From Erysipelotrichaceae bacterium (GTDB taxonomy: Bacteria; Bacillota_I; Bacilli_A; Erysipelotrichales; Erysipelotrichaceae): 32,000 nt of DNA. Below the pieces are notes generated by a model, which was not told where the DNA came from, did not search any database, and saw only the letters and a list, made by a program, of their open reading frames with translations. Location: the NCBI GenBank assembly GCA_030604855.1, contig JAUVVC010000004.1, positions 190,871-222,870 on the forward strand, read 5' to 3'. The position numbers and the translations under genes are program-made. Positions 17,583 through 26,978 of the stretch are shown here, one piece after another (the first letter of the stretch is position 1; every line of letters begins with the position of its first letter).

Positions 17583-19190
17583 ATGTTAAGATCCATGTAT
17601 TCGGGCGTTTCAGGCATGAAAGCGCACCAAACCAAACTCGATGTGATCGGGAATAATATCGCAAACGTGAACACCTACGGCTTTAAAAGCAGTCGTACGA
17701 CTTTTTCAGAAGTTTATTATCAAACCGTTCGTTCCGCTTCCGGCGCAAGCGCCAACCAAGGGGGGATGAATGCCTCTCAAATCGGGTATGGGGTCAACGT
17801 CGCCACGATTGATGTCATGCAGACACGCTCTGGTTTCCAAATGACCGATAACGGCATGGACGTGGCCATTTCAGGTGAAGGCTTCTTCCAAGTTCAAAAC
17901 AGTGATGGAAGCACCTTCTATACACGTGCTGGGATGATTCGTATCGATGCCAATGGCAACCTAGTGGATCAGAATGGGAACTTTGTCTTAGGGGTCAGTG
18001 GAGACCCATTGGGTAAACCTGCAACCAGTGACAAGATTCAAATCACGGTACCCGCAAACATGGCCATCCAATCTTCCACAACAGAATACATCAATGGCAA
18101 GAGCTTCACGATTGAAGCACAAAATCCAACCAAAGATGGAAACATAGCGTTCAACTTTGCAAGCAGTGATCGCTTGCCATTAGGTCAAAAGTTGATTGCA
18201 CAGATCAGTTCATCCGGCATCAATATCGTTCTAAACAAGAATGAAATGTTTGAAAGTTTGACCGAACTCAATAATCAAATCAATCTGGCTATCAAAGAAG
18301 CCTATGGGGGTAAAGAACACCCAGCAGGTGCTTTTACCATTAAATTGAATGAAGGTGAAATCACCTGGCCACTCTCTGGACAAACGATTGCCAGTACAGA
18401 CTATAACCCAACATTGGGATCGGTTGTGCTGCCTTCTGAACTTGAACAATTAGGGTTTGCCTTTAATAATGTTTCAACGAAGTTCAGTGGCTCGGGAGAT
18501 TTAAGTGCACAGCTCAGATACGATTTGACGAATGATGCATACGTGCTAACGGTGAAAAGCAATGGGGTTGAATACAGTGGTAAGATTCCCGCTTCAGCAG
18601 TGGGATCCGGTTCAATCAAACTGGGCAGTGATCCTGATTCAATCGAACTGAAACATCCAGGATATACGGCTCTTCATTCAGCACGAACACTCATGGGATT
18701 GGCAGATGGAGAAGACATGATTGATTCAACAGAATTGGGATCGGCTGTCGCATCCCAAGCCAGTAAATCTTTGGGCTTTGGATCCAAAGCCTTTAGTCTG
18801 CGTGATGGGACCTTGGGGGGACCTCAAACCGTATCCGATTTGATAAACATCGGGATTGGTTCAGACGGGATCATCTCAGCCATACACAACCAATTGGGTT
18901 TGATCAATGTTGGACGCATCGACTTGGCAACCTTCGCCAACCCTCAAGGTTTGACCCAATCTGGAAACACCTACTTCTCCGTATCGGCGAACTCAGGGAC
19001 TGTGAAAATCGTCAATGCAGGCTTTGAAGGAGCAGGTGCACTCCAAGCAGGCGCCTTGGAAATGTCCAATGTGGATTTATCCAAAGAATTTGCGGACATG
19101 ATCACCACCCAACGTGGTTTCCAAGCCAGTTCGCGCTTGATTACAGTATCCGATGAAATCCTTAACGAACTCGTTAACTTGAAGAGGTAA
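17583..19190 (+). CDS. flgE: Flagellar hook protein FlgE (expanded central region)
   Basis: 535 aa. N-terminus 'MLRSMYSGVSGMKAHQTKLDVIGNNIANVNTYGFK'. C-terminus 'MITTQRGFQASSRLITVSDEILNELVNLKR'. Confidence 0.95.
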   Translation: MLRSMYSGVSGMKAHQTKLDVIGNNIANVNTYGFKSSRTTFSEVYYQTVRSASGASANQGGMNASQIGYGVNVATIDVMQTRSGFQMTDNGMDVAISGEGFFQVQNSDGSTFYTRAGMIRIDANGNLVDQNGNFVLGVSGDPLGKPATSDKIQITVPANMAIQSSTTEYINGKSFTIEAQNPTKDGNIAFNFASSDRLPLGQKLIAQISSSGINIVLNKNEMFESLTELNNQINLAIKEAYGGKEHPAGAFTIKLNEGEITWPLSGQTIASTDYNPTLGSVVLPSELEQLGFAFNNVSTKFSGSGDLSAQLRYDLTNDAYVLTVKSNGVEYSGKIPASAVGSGSIKLGSDPDSIELKHPGYTALHSARTLMGLADGEDMIDSTELGSAVASQASKSLGFGSKAFSLRDGTLGGPQTVSDLINIGIGSDGIISAIHNQLGLINVGRIDLATFANPQGLTQSGNTYFSVSANSGTVKIVNAGFEGAGALQAGALEMSNVDLSKEFADMITTQRGFQASSRLITVSDEILNELVNLKR

Positions 19191-19192
19191 TT

Positions 19193-19396
19193 ATGATTGA
19201 ACTAACACGCTTAAATGGCATCCACTTCGTCCTTAATGAAGACTTGATTGAAACGGTCCAAGAGAATCCGGACACGACCATCTATCTTACCAACGGGAAT
19301 CTCTACATCGTTCAAGAATCCATGCATGAAGTCATTGAACGTTGTGTCAAATACAAGAGAGCCATCAACCAGGATTCTTTGAAGAGCAAGGATTAG
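19193..19396 (+). CDS. flbD: Flagellar protein FlbD
   Basis: 67 aa. 'MIELTRLNGIHFVLNEDLIETVQENPDTTIYLTNGNLYIVQES' has the typical FlbD pattern. Position is immediately upstream of motA. Confidence 0.85.
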   Translation: MIELTRLNGIHFVLNEDLIETVQENPDTTIYLTNGNLYIVQESMHEVIERCVKYKRAINQDSLKSKD

Positions 19397-19400
19397 CCCT

Positions 19401-20228
19401 ATGGATATCATAGGCATTGTCGGATTGGTGATGGCCTTGGTTCTGATGGTCTTTGGGGTGACCTTCAGCATGACCACAGGCATCAACTTCGCCAATCTGA
19501 TTAACTTTATCGATTACCCCAGCGTCGCGATCACCATTGGTGGGACCTTCGCGGTCTTGATGATTTCCTTCCCCGTGGAAAGTTTCATCAAGATTCCAAA
19601 GCATTTGAAAATCGTCTTCATGCCTGAGAAATACGATCCGATGTCATACATTACGAGCTTGACGGAGTTTGCGAAGGAAGCGCGTATCAAAGGACTTCTC
19701 TCCATTGAAAGTAAATTGGCGGGGGTTAAGGATGATTTCCTTAAACGCAGTCTGATGTTGGTGGTGGATTCCATCGATGCCGAAAAAGTCCATCAAATCT
19801 TAGATGATGAGCTCAACTACATTGAAGAGCGCCATGTGTCGGATATTGAGTTCTACCAAAAGGGAGGTGCTTATGCACCGGCCTTCGGGATGATAGGGAC
19901 TTTGATAGGTTTGGTAAACATGCTTCAACAGATGTCGAATCCGGATAGTATCGGACCGGCCATGGCTGTGGCCTTGCTTACGACTTTGTATGGATCAATG
20001 TTGGCCAATATCTTCTTCATTCCCATCGCCAATAAGTTGAAGATTCGACATGATGAAGAAATGGTGTGTAAACTCATTGTGGCGGATGGGGTCAGAGCCA
20101 TCCAAGCGGGTGAGAACCCACGTTTTATCGAAGAAAAACTATTGCTTCTTGTAGAATCTAAAAAACGTAGTGGTGAAGCCAAAGATGGCAAGAAGAAAGC
20201 CGTACAGACCAAGAAAGTAACGGCATAA
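19401..20228 (+). CDS. motA: Flagellar stator protein MotA
   Basis: 275 aa with 4 TM segments. 'YAPAFGMIGTLIGLVNML' and 'LLTTLYGSMLANIFFIPIANKL' are MotA/TolQ/ExbB motifs. Confidence 0.93.
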   Translation: MDIIGIVGLVMALVLMVFGVTFSMTTGINFANLINFIDYPSVAITIGGTFAVLMISFPVESFIKIPKHLKIVFMPEKYDPMSYITSLTEFAKEARIKGLLSIESKLAGVKDDFLKRSLMLVVDSIDAEKVHQILDDELNYIEERHVSDIEFYQKGGAYAPAFGMIGTLIGLVNMLQQMSNPDSIGPAMAVALLTTLYGSMLANIFFIPIANKLKIRHDEEMVCKLIVADGVRAIQAGENPRFIEEKLLLLVESKKRSGEAKDGKKKAVQTKKVTA

Positions 20229-20229
20229 C

Positions 20230-21009
20230 ATGGCACGTCAGAAACGTAAGCCTTCTGATGGAGGCGGCAATGAATGGTTGAACACCTATGCCGATATGGT
20301 CACCTTATTGTTGTGTTTCTTCATCCTCTTATTCACGATGTCATCCGTAGATGCGGAGAAGTGGCAAGCCTTACTTAGAACCTTTCAAAACAGTGGTGAA
20401 ACCAACCAAGTGGTTGTGGTTCCTGGAGATGATGGGGATGAGAAAGCAGGGAATACGGAGACCGTAGGGGATCTGACCTTTCTAAAGGAAGAGATTGAAA
20501 GAACCATTGCGGAGAGTGGCTTTGTCGGTGATGTGGAATTTGTTGGAAATGAGCACATTCTCTTCATCCGATTCTCAAACAACCTGCTCTTTGATGGGGA
20601 CAGTGCTCTTCTTAAGTCGAGCACCATCACGTTCCTGAATGCGATTGGAGAATCTTTCAAATCGTATGAGGAAGATATCCTCTTCATTCGCATCAACGGA
20701 CATACCGCAGAAGTGAGTGATCGCATCAATGTCGTGTCGGATCGAAAACTTAGTACAGATCGAGCTAACGCGGTGCTGATGTATCTTGAAGATGTGAAAC
20801 AGATTGAACCACGTAAACTGATCGCCATGGGCTACGGTAAGAATTACCCCTTGGCGCCTAATGAGGATGAAATCGGTCGCGCACGCAACCGCCGTGTTGA
20901 GATCTTAGTGATGAGCATCGATTATGAAAGCAATGAAGCATCGAATCTGTTTCAAATTCTAAGTGGTGAGTTTGATATCAACACTTACAATCAATTCTTA
21001 AACGAATAA
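20230..21009 (+). CDS. motB: Flagellar stator protein MotB (OmpA-like C-terminal domain)
   Basis: 259 aa. 'WLNTYADMVTLLLCFFILLF' carries the conserved channel Asp. The C-terminal peptidoglycan-binding motifs 'LSTDRANAV' and 'RNRRVEILV' are present. Confidence 0.93.
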   Translation: MARQKRKPSDGGGNEWLNTYADMVTLLLCFFILLFTMSSVDAEKWQALLRTFQNSGETNQVVVVPGDDGDEKAGNTETVGDLTFLKEEIERTIAESGFVGDVEFVGNEHILFIRFSNNLLFDGDSALLKSSTITFLNAIGESFKSYEEDILFIRINGHTAEVSDRINVVSDRKLSTDRANAVLMYLEDVKQIEPRKLIAMGYGKNYPLAPNEDEIGRARNRRVEILVMSIDYESNEASNLFQILSGEFDINTYNQFLNE

Positions 21010-21020
21010 GGAGCCAGCCC

Positions 21021-21755
21021 ATGGACATTACCAATCAACTACAAGATCAACTTCCCTTGAGCTTTGCCCAGCACGCAAGTCTGCGTTATTGGGGAAAAAT
21101 CATTCAGGAACAATTACATAGCCGTACGGATCAATCCGTTCAAGTGACACAACTTGTGATTGCTTCCAGTGAGCACGCTAAGGAAGGTCTTGTCTATGCG
21201 AAAGCAAACACAGGATTGAATGTCCTGGGCTTTTCTCCTTCGCTTTTACAACAATTCATCTTACCTAAAGCCGTTGAGACTTGGGATGATTATGATCGTT
21301 CCATTGCCAGCAGCAAGTTGAATGATTTGCTTATGGTGCATCGTACCAAATATCAGTTTCAGGCATCCGATATTCAGTTGTCGGATGACTTGATCAAATT
21401 GGTATGGACCTTAAAGATCCAACAAGTTGTCCATAAAACAGTTTTGTATACTTCGATTAGTGATTTGAAGCAGTTCTTATTGAAACACCCCGATCCTAAA
21501 TCAAAGAACCTGGATGCCTTGGTGGATGTGCCGCTTACGGTCCGTGTGGAACTGGGTTCGATCAAACGTAAGGTCAAAGAAATTTTGGAATTCAACACAG
21601 GAACTCTGATTGAATTGGATCAGAATGTGAATCAAGCCGTCAAACTTGTGGTGAATAACACAACGATTGCCAGTGGAACGGTGATTGAGGTTAAAGGTCA
21701 CTTTGGCGTACGCATTGAGCAGATTGATGATAAAGCTCAATTCATGAAGGAGTGA
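21021..21755 (+). CDS. SpoA/FliN-domain protein with an unrecognised 165-aa N-terminal region
   Basis: 244 aa. Residues about 166-236, 'ALVDVPLTVRVELGSIKRKVKEILEFNTGTLIELDQNVNQAVKLVVNNTTIASGTVIEVKGHFGVRIEQI', form a clear FliN/SctQ-type SpoA domain. I recognise no motif or TM segment in residues 1-165. Confidence 0.8.
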   Translation: MDITNQLQDQLPLSFAQHASLRYWGKIIQEQLHSRTDQSVQVTQLVIASSEHAKEGLVYAKANTGLNVLGFSPSLLQQFILPKAVETWDDYDRSIASSKLNDLLMVHRTKYQFQASDIQLSDDLIKLVWTLKIQQVVHKTVLYTSISDLKQFLLKHPDPKSKNLDALVDVPLTVRVELGSIKRKVKEILEFNTGTLIELDQNVNQAVKLVVNNTTIASGTVIEVKGHFGVRIEQIDDKAQFMKE

Positions 21756-21756
21756 T

Positions 21757-22080
21757 ATGGAAATCTTATTCACTTTTCTGAGTTTGATCATCGTCTTAGT
21801 TTCAGCTTATTTCTTTACGAAGTGGTATGCGTCTGGTCAGCGTTTAAGGATGCAGGCATCGTCGCTGCAGATCGTTGACCAACTCACGTTGGATCGTGAC
21901 AAACGCTTGGTTATCATCAAGATTCAGGACCAATATTACACTTCCATCTTGAGTCGAATGGGTGCGACGCAACTCACCCCGATTCAGTACACAGCTCAAG
22001 ACGCGGTGGTTCATCCCTTTCAGCAGAACATTCTCAATGCATGGATGGCACAAGGGGGTAAAAAAGATGAAACGCTCTAG
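21757..22080 (+). CDS. fliO: Flagellar biosynthesis protein FliO/FliZ
   Basis: 107 aa. It has a single N-terminal TM (ILFTFLSLIIVLVSAYFF), then 'LQIVDQLTLDRDKRLVIIKIQDQYY', typical of FliO. It is directly upstream of fliP and overlaps it. Confidence 0.72.
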   Translation: MEILFTFLSLIIVLVSAYFFTKWYASGQRLRMQASSLQIVDQLTLDRDKRLVIIKIQDQYYTSILSRMGATQLTPIQYTAQDAVVHPFQQNILNAWMAQGGKKDETL

Positions 22081-22831
22081 TTTCTACACCCTTCTGTTCA
22101 GTCTTCTGTTTCTATGTATTAGTTTTACCCCCGTTCTAGCGAACTCTGCCATCAATGTTCAATTTGATGCGAATACACAGACAGGTTTAGAAGCCTTGGA
22201 TATCGTCTTTCTCTTATTGTTTCTATCCTTGATTCCGTCGCTGATTCTCTTGATGAGCAGTTTCACCCGTATCATCATCGTCTTCTCCTTCTTACGCAAT
22301 GCGATGGGTCTTCAACAGACCCCTCCGAATCAAGTCTTGTTGGGTTTGAGTTTATTCTTGAGTTTGTTCATCATGGCTCCTGTCATCGATACCATCAATG
22401 AGACAGCGTATACGCCCTATCGTGAACAAGTCATCACCCAGGAAGAAGCCTTTGCGAAGGCACAGGTTCCCGTGAAAGAATTCATGCTTAGACAAGTGGA
22501 TAATGCCAGTCTGCAGTTGTTCTTGGACATCGCAAAGGTGGAATTGGTTGTGAATGATACACAGGACCAATACGTTGAATTAGCACAATTGGATTTGGAA
22601 ATATTGGTTCCAGCGTTTGTGACAAGTGAGCTCAAACGTGCCTTCCTGATTGGCTTTCTACTCTTCATTCCCTTCCTAGCGATTGACTTGATCGTGGCCT
22701 CTACCTTGATGTCCATGGGCATGGTGATGTTGCCACCAGGGATGATCGCATTGCCGTTCAAGGTCATGTTGTTTGTATTAGCGGATGGTTGGGGACTCTT
22801 GATGGGCTCTCTGGTACGAGGTTTCAGTTGA
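22067..22831 (+). CDS. fliP: Flagellar export gate protein FliP
   Basis: 254 aa from the ATG at 22067, with AAGGGGG RBS at 22052-22059 and signal-like MKRSSFYTLLFSLLFLCISFTPVLA. 'FLAIDLIVASTLMSMGMVMLPP' is the FliP signature. The track's start at 21962 would add 35 non-homologous residues inside fliO. Confidence 0.92.
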   Translation: MKRSSFYTLLFSLLFLCISFTPVLANSAINVQFDANTQTGLEALDIVFLLLFLSLIPSLILLMSSFTRIIIVFSFLRNAMGLQQTPPNQVLLGLSLFLSLFIMAPVIDTINETAYTPYREQVITQEEAFAKAQVPVKEFMLRQVDNASLQLFLDIAKVELVVNDTQDQYVELAQLDLEILVPAFVTSELKRAFLIGFLLFIPFLAIDLIVASTLMSMGMVMLPPGMIALPFKVMLFVLADGWGLLMGSLVRGFS

Positions 22832-23094
22832 TGAACAGTGCAGAAATCTTAGATATCTTGAATCAAGGTTTGTGGTTAATTGTTAAGATCGCAGGTCCGA
22901 TTCTCTTAGCCAGCATCGTGATTGGTCTGATTGTGGCGATCTTTCAAGCCGCGACACAAATCCATGAACAAACCCTGACTTTTGTACCTAAGTTGATCGT
23001 GATTGGTCTGATCTTTGTCTTAGGAGGTTCGTGGATGATTCAAACCATGGTTGAGTTCATGGAACAACTCTTTGCGACCATTGCCCGTTTATGA
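22831..23094 (+). CDS. fliQ: Flagellar export gate protein FliQ
   Basis: 87 aa from the ATG at 22831, which overlaps the fliP TGA by 1 nt. 'LIVAIFQAATQIHEQTLTFVPKL' is the FliQ signature. The track's start at 22789 lies inside fliP. Confidence 0.9.
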   Translation: MNSAEILDILNQGLWLIVKIAGPILLASIVIGLIVAIFQAATQIHEQTLTFVPKLIVIGLIFVLGGSWMIQTMVEFMEQLFATIARL

Positions 23095-23852
23095 GTCTTG
23101 TCTTAAGTCAGTTGCCGGAACAATTGCTTATCTTTGCGCGTATCGCGGGGATGCTGTTGCTTAATCCCATCTTTGGTCGACGAAACATCCCGATGATGGT
23201 TCGCATGGGCTTCGTGCTCTGGTTGAGTTTGTTTCTCTTGCCTTTGGTGAGTACTGGAAACATCGCTGTAGATGATCTGACATTTATCCTCTTGTTGTTT
23301 AAGGAAACTTTGTTAGGCTTCAGCTTTGCCTATGTGTTTCAACATCATCTCTTGTTGTTGCACTTTGTGGGGGACTTGATTGATTATCAATTCGGTCTGT
23401 CCATGGCAAAGGTCTTCGATCCGGGATCCCAGATTCAAGCATCCATCACAGGGAATCTATTAAATTGGGTCTTTGTGCTCTTGTTCTTTCTAAGTGATAC
23501 GCATCTCTTATGGCTAAGATTCATGAAAAGCACCTTCGATTTCCTTCCACTGGATGGATGGTTGAATCTATCGCGCTTAGCCAGCATGATGATGGATCTG
23601 TTCATTGTGGTCTTCACGATGTCGCTTCGCTTGGCATTACCAATGGTGATCGCAGCCTTCATCTTGGAAGTCTCGATGGGGATCCTGATGCGTTTGATTC
23701 CACAGATCCATGTCTTCGTCATCAACATTCAAGCTAAAGTCTTGCTTAACATTCTACTACTGGTTTTATTGATTCAACCCATCACCCATTTCTTGGATGA
23801 AAGTTGGGACGTCGTCATGAACCAACTTCAAAATATTCTCATGAACTTATAG
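23091..23852 (+). CDS. fliR: Flagellar export gate protein FliR
   Basis: 253 aa polytopic membrane protein. 'FARIAGMLLLNPIFG' and 'LALPMVIAAFILEVSMGILMRLIPQIHVFV' are visible. ATGA overlap with fliQ. Confidence 0.9.
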   Translation: MSLVLSQLPEQLLIFARIAGMLLLNPIFGRRNIPMMVRMGFVLWLSLFLLPLVSTGNIAVDDLTFILLLFKETLLGFSFAYVFQHHLLLLHFVGDLIDYQFGLSMAKVFDPGSQIQASITGNLLNWVFVLLFFLSDTHLLWLRFMKSTFDFLPLDGWLNLSRLASMMMDLFIVVFTMSLRLALPMVIAAFILEVSMGILMRLIPQIHVFVINIQAKVLLNILLLVLLIQPITHFLDESWDVVMNQLQNILMNL

Positions 23853-23867
23853 AAAGGGGGGATGAAC

Positions 23868-24920
23868 ATGGCAGGTGAAAAGAGCGAAAAGGCCACACCG
23901 AAACGACGCAGTGATGAGCGAAAGAAAGGCAATGTCTTTCAAAGCAAAGATGCGGTGTCGGTTGCGGTGTTGTTGGTGAGTTTCTATGGTGTTCAATTTA
24001 TCTTGCCTACGATGGTGAGTCATATTCATCGTTTGTTCAATCTCAGTTTCAATTCATGGATGCAGATCAAGGTCATGAATCAAACCGAGCTATCCATTAT
24101 TTTCTTACAAAGTGCTTGGATCTTTGTCCTAATATTATTCCCAATCTTGGGGCTTATGATGCTAGTAAACATCCTCGCAAGTGGAGCGCAGACAGGCTTC
24201 ATCTTCACTTCCGCTTCACTGAAGTTCAAACTGGAGCGTTTGGATCCCATCAAGGGATTTCAAAAATTGATTAGTTTACGATCTCTCTTTGAAATGTTCA
24301 AAGCGATCTTCAAGATCCTTCTACTGGTTGCGGTTATCTACATGGTCCTCAAACCAGAGTTGCCAATATTATTTACGATGTATCAAAGCGATCTCTTACA
24401 GAGCTTGGTTTATGGCATGAAGCTCATCATGAAACTGGCTTTGAATGTTGGAATGATTTTCATATTCCTAGCTTTGGTGGATTACTTCTATCAACGTTAT
24501 GAGTATGAGAAGAATATCAAGATGAGTAAACAAGACATCAAGGAAGAATACAAACAGATGGAAGGCGATCCTACCGTCAAGTCGAAAATCAAAGAACGTC
24601 AACGGATGTTTGCACAGCGACGTATGATGCAGAATGTTCCCAAAGCCGATGTGATCATACGAAATCCAACGCACTATGCGATTGCGATTCAATATAAAAT
24701 TGGTGAACAACGTGCACCAAAAGTCATTGCCAAGGGTATGGATTTGATCGCACTGAAGATCATCGAAGTGGCTGAGAAGAATCAAATCCCTTGTATTGAA
24801 AACAGAAGTTTAGCACGCAGTTTATATGAACAAGTTGATATGGAAACTGAGATTCCAGAGAAGTTCTATCAAGCGATTGCAGAAATCTTAGCGCTCTTAT
24901 ATCAAAGGAAAGGAGGATAA
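23868..24920 (+). CDS. flhB: Flagellar export switch protein FlhB
   Basis: About 350 aa. N-terminus 'MAGEKSEKATPKRRSDERKKGNV', with the autocleavage motif 'NPTH' in 'IIRNPTHYAIAIQY'. The ATG at 23868 is better spaced from the GAAAGGGGGG RBS than the track's ATG at 23862. Confidence 0.93.
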   Translation: MAGEKSEKATPKRRSDERKKGNVFQSKDAVSVAVLLVSFYGVQFILPTMVSHIHRLFNLSFNSWMQIKVMNQTELSIIFLQSAWIFVLILFPILGLMMLVNILASGAQTGFIFTSASLKFKLERLDPIKGFQKLISLRSLFEMFKAIFKILLLVAVIYMVLKPELPILFTMYQSDLLQSLVYGMKLIMKLALNVGMIFIFLALVDYFYQRYEYEKNIKMSKQDIKEEYKQMEGDPTVKSKIKERQRMFAQRRMMQNVPKADVIIRNPTHYAIAIQYKIGEQRAPKVIAKGMDLIALKIIEVAEKNQIPCIENRSLARSLYEQVDMETEIPEKFYQAIAEILALLYQRKGG

Positions 24921-24923
24921 CAT

Positions 24924-26978
24924 ATGCAAAAGTATCTTAAAGGATCAAGTTCACTCTTAGTTGTCCTCATCGTCCTTTTAATCATCTTGCCTTTACCGGC
25001 TTGGCTTTTGGATATGATGTTCATCTTGAACTTATCCATCTCCTTCATCATCCTTTTGATTTCCATGAACATCCATGATGCTTTACAGTTCAGTCTCTTT
25101 CCATCGATTCTATTGATCACAACCTTATTCCGCTTAGCCTTGAACATCTCTTCCACACGTTTGATTCTCATTGAGAATGGTTATGCGGGTGAAGTGGTTA
25201 AGACTTTCGGAGACTTTGTCATTCGGGGTAATCCTTTTGTTGGTTTGGTCATCTTCTTGATCATCGTTGTGGTTCAGTTCATCGTCATCTCCAAGGGGAG
25301 TGAACGTGTTGCGGAGGTCAGTGCACGTTTTACCTTGGATGCCATGCCTGGTAAACAAATGGCGATTGATGCGGATCTCTCATCCGGTTTGATTGATGAA
25401 TCCACAGCACGTGAACGTCGCACCAAGATTCAGCGCGAAGCTGATTTCTTTGGGGCTATGGATGGTGCGAGTAAATTCGTCAAAGGAGATGCGATCGTAT
25501 CCATCATCGTTACCTTCATCAACCTTTTAGGGGGCTTGATTGTCGGCTTCATGAACAATGTCGGTTCTTTCCAAGATGTCATCAATATCTACTCTACCGC
25601 AACGGTGGGGGATGGTTTGATTTCACAGTTTCCAGCGCTCTTGATATCTGTTGCGACGGGGATGGTCGTCACACGTTCCGCTTCTGAAGCGAACATCTCT
25701 ACAGAGTTGGTCAAACAGTTCACCAGCCAACCCCGTATCTTGGTGGTCGCTGGGGGCATCATCAGTTCGTTACTCTTGGTTCCTGGTTTTCCCAAACTTC
25801 AGATCATTGTGATGGGTCTATTCTTGATTGGTTTAGGGTTGATGTTGGAGCGCAAACAAGAAGCCATTCTTGTCTCTGAAGCCAATGCACAAGTCAGTTC
25901 CGAAGTCTTGGAGACCGAAGCCAATTACTATCGAAATATTGAAAACGTATATCAACTCCTCAGCGTTGAAGCACTGGAGATGGAGTTTGGATATAGTCTG
26001 ATTCCCCTCATCGACGAAAAGAGTGGGGGTGTTTTCATTGATCGTATCGTCATGTTTCGTAAGAAATATGCGGGTGAGATGGGCTTTGTCGTGCCAAGTG
26101 TCAAACTGAAAGACAGTGCCATTCTAAATCCCAATCAATATGTCATCCGTTTAAAAGGTGAAGAAGTTACCCGTGGAGATGTCTTGGTGGATCATCTCTT
26201 GGCCATTGCGGCAGGGGATGTCAAACAAAACATCGATGGTATCGATACCATTGAACCTGCTTTCGGTTTACCTGCAAAGTGGATTCATGAGAAACAACGT
26301 ATCAAAGCAGAGATGGCTGGTTACACCTTAATCGATCCAACCAGTGTCATCGTGACGCATCTCAGTGAAATTATTAAAACGCATGTGGATGAGCTTCTGA
26401 CACGTCAAGAAATGCATACCTTGATTGATCATCTTAAAACCAAAAATGAGAAGTTGGTCAATGAGTTGATTCCAAATATTGTCAGTGTTCAGACCTTGCA
26501 TAAGGTTTGCACGAACCTCTTGCGTGAACAAGTCAGTATCCGTGACTTAGAAACCATTTTAGAAACCTGTGGTGACTACGCTGCCATTCGTGATATCGAT
26601 GTGCTCACGGAATACGTTCGTCAAGCACTCAAACGTACCATTACGGCAAAATATGCGGAGAACCGTCAACTTAAGGTTCTAACACTTGATGCGAACATTG
26701 AGAATCGCATCATGGACAGTGTTAAGAAGGTGGATAATGGTTCATACCTTGCTCTAGATCCGGATACCATGCAAAACATCATCCAAGTCACACGGGATGA
26801 GATCGATCGTGTCAAAGACATGATTCCCCATTCGATCATCCTGACCTCACCCATCGTTCGTTCTTATTACAAGAAACTGGTCGATCAGTTCTTACCCAAT
26901 ATCGTTGTCCTGTCGTTCAATGAAATCGACATGAATGTACAGATTCAAGGCGTTGGAGGCATCTCATGGACGCAATGA
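24924..26978 (+). CDS. flhA: Flagellar export gate protein FlhA
   Basis: 684 aa. 'SKGSERVAEVSARFTLDAMPGKQMAIDADL' and 'FVKGDAIVSIIVTFINLLGG' are FlhA/SctV signatures. AAGGAGGA RBS. Confidence 0.95.
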   Translation: MQKYLKGSSSLLVVLIVLLIILPLPAWLLDMMFILNLSISFIILLISMNIHDALQFSLFPSILLITTLFRLALNISSTRLILIENGYAGEVVKTFGDFVIRGNPFVGLVIFLIIVVVQFIVISKGSERVAEVSARFTLDAMPGKQMAIDADLSSGLIDESTARERRTKIQREADFFGAMDGASKFVKGDAIVSIIVTFINLLGGLIVGFMNNVGSFQDVINIYSTATVGDGLISQFPALLISVATGMVVTRSASEANISTELVKQFTSQPRILVVAGGIISSLLLVPGFPKLQIIVMGLFLIGLGLMLERKQEAILVSEANAQVSSEVLETEANYYRNIENVYQLLSVEALEMEFGYSLIPLIDEKSGGVFIDRIVMFRKKYAGEMGFVVPSVKLKDSAILNPNQYVIRLKGEEVTRGDVLVDHLLAIAAGDVKQNIDGIDTIEPAFGLPAKWIHEKQRIKAEMAGYTLIDPTSVIVTHLSEIIKTHVDELLTRQEMHTLIDHLKTKNEKLVNELIPNIVSVQTLHKVCTNLLREQVSIRDLETILETCGDYAAIRDIDVLTEYVRQALKRTITAKYAENRQLKVLTLDANIENRIMDSVKKVDNGSYLALDPDTMQNIIQVTRDEIDRVKDMIPHSIILTSPIVRSYYKKLVDQFLPNIVVLSFNEIDMNVQIQGVGGISWTQ

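Noticed and set aside
20271-20297. TGAA-N15-GCCGATAT (perfect -10, 3/4 -35) located 40-67 nt inside motB.
   Set aside because: The -10 is the codon string for the conserved MotB 'YADM' motif (tat gcc gat atg). A start here would truncate motB. It is possibly a real internal promoter for downstream export genes, but it cannot be separated from coding constraint without 5'-end mapping.
21962-22066. ORF-track N-terminal extensions of fliP (21962), fliQ (22789) and fliE (10480).
   Set aside because: The extensions lie inside the preceding gene and encode non-homologous, non-hydrophobic sequence. Better starts with RBS or stop-start coupling exist at 22067, 22831 and 10492.
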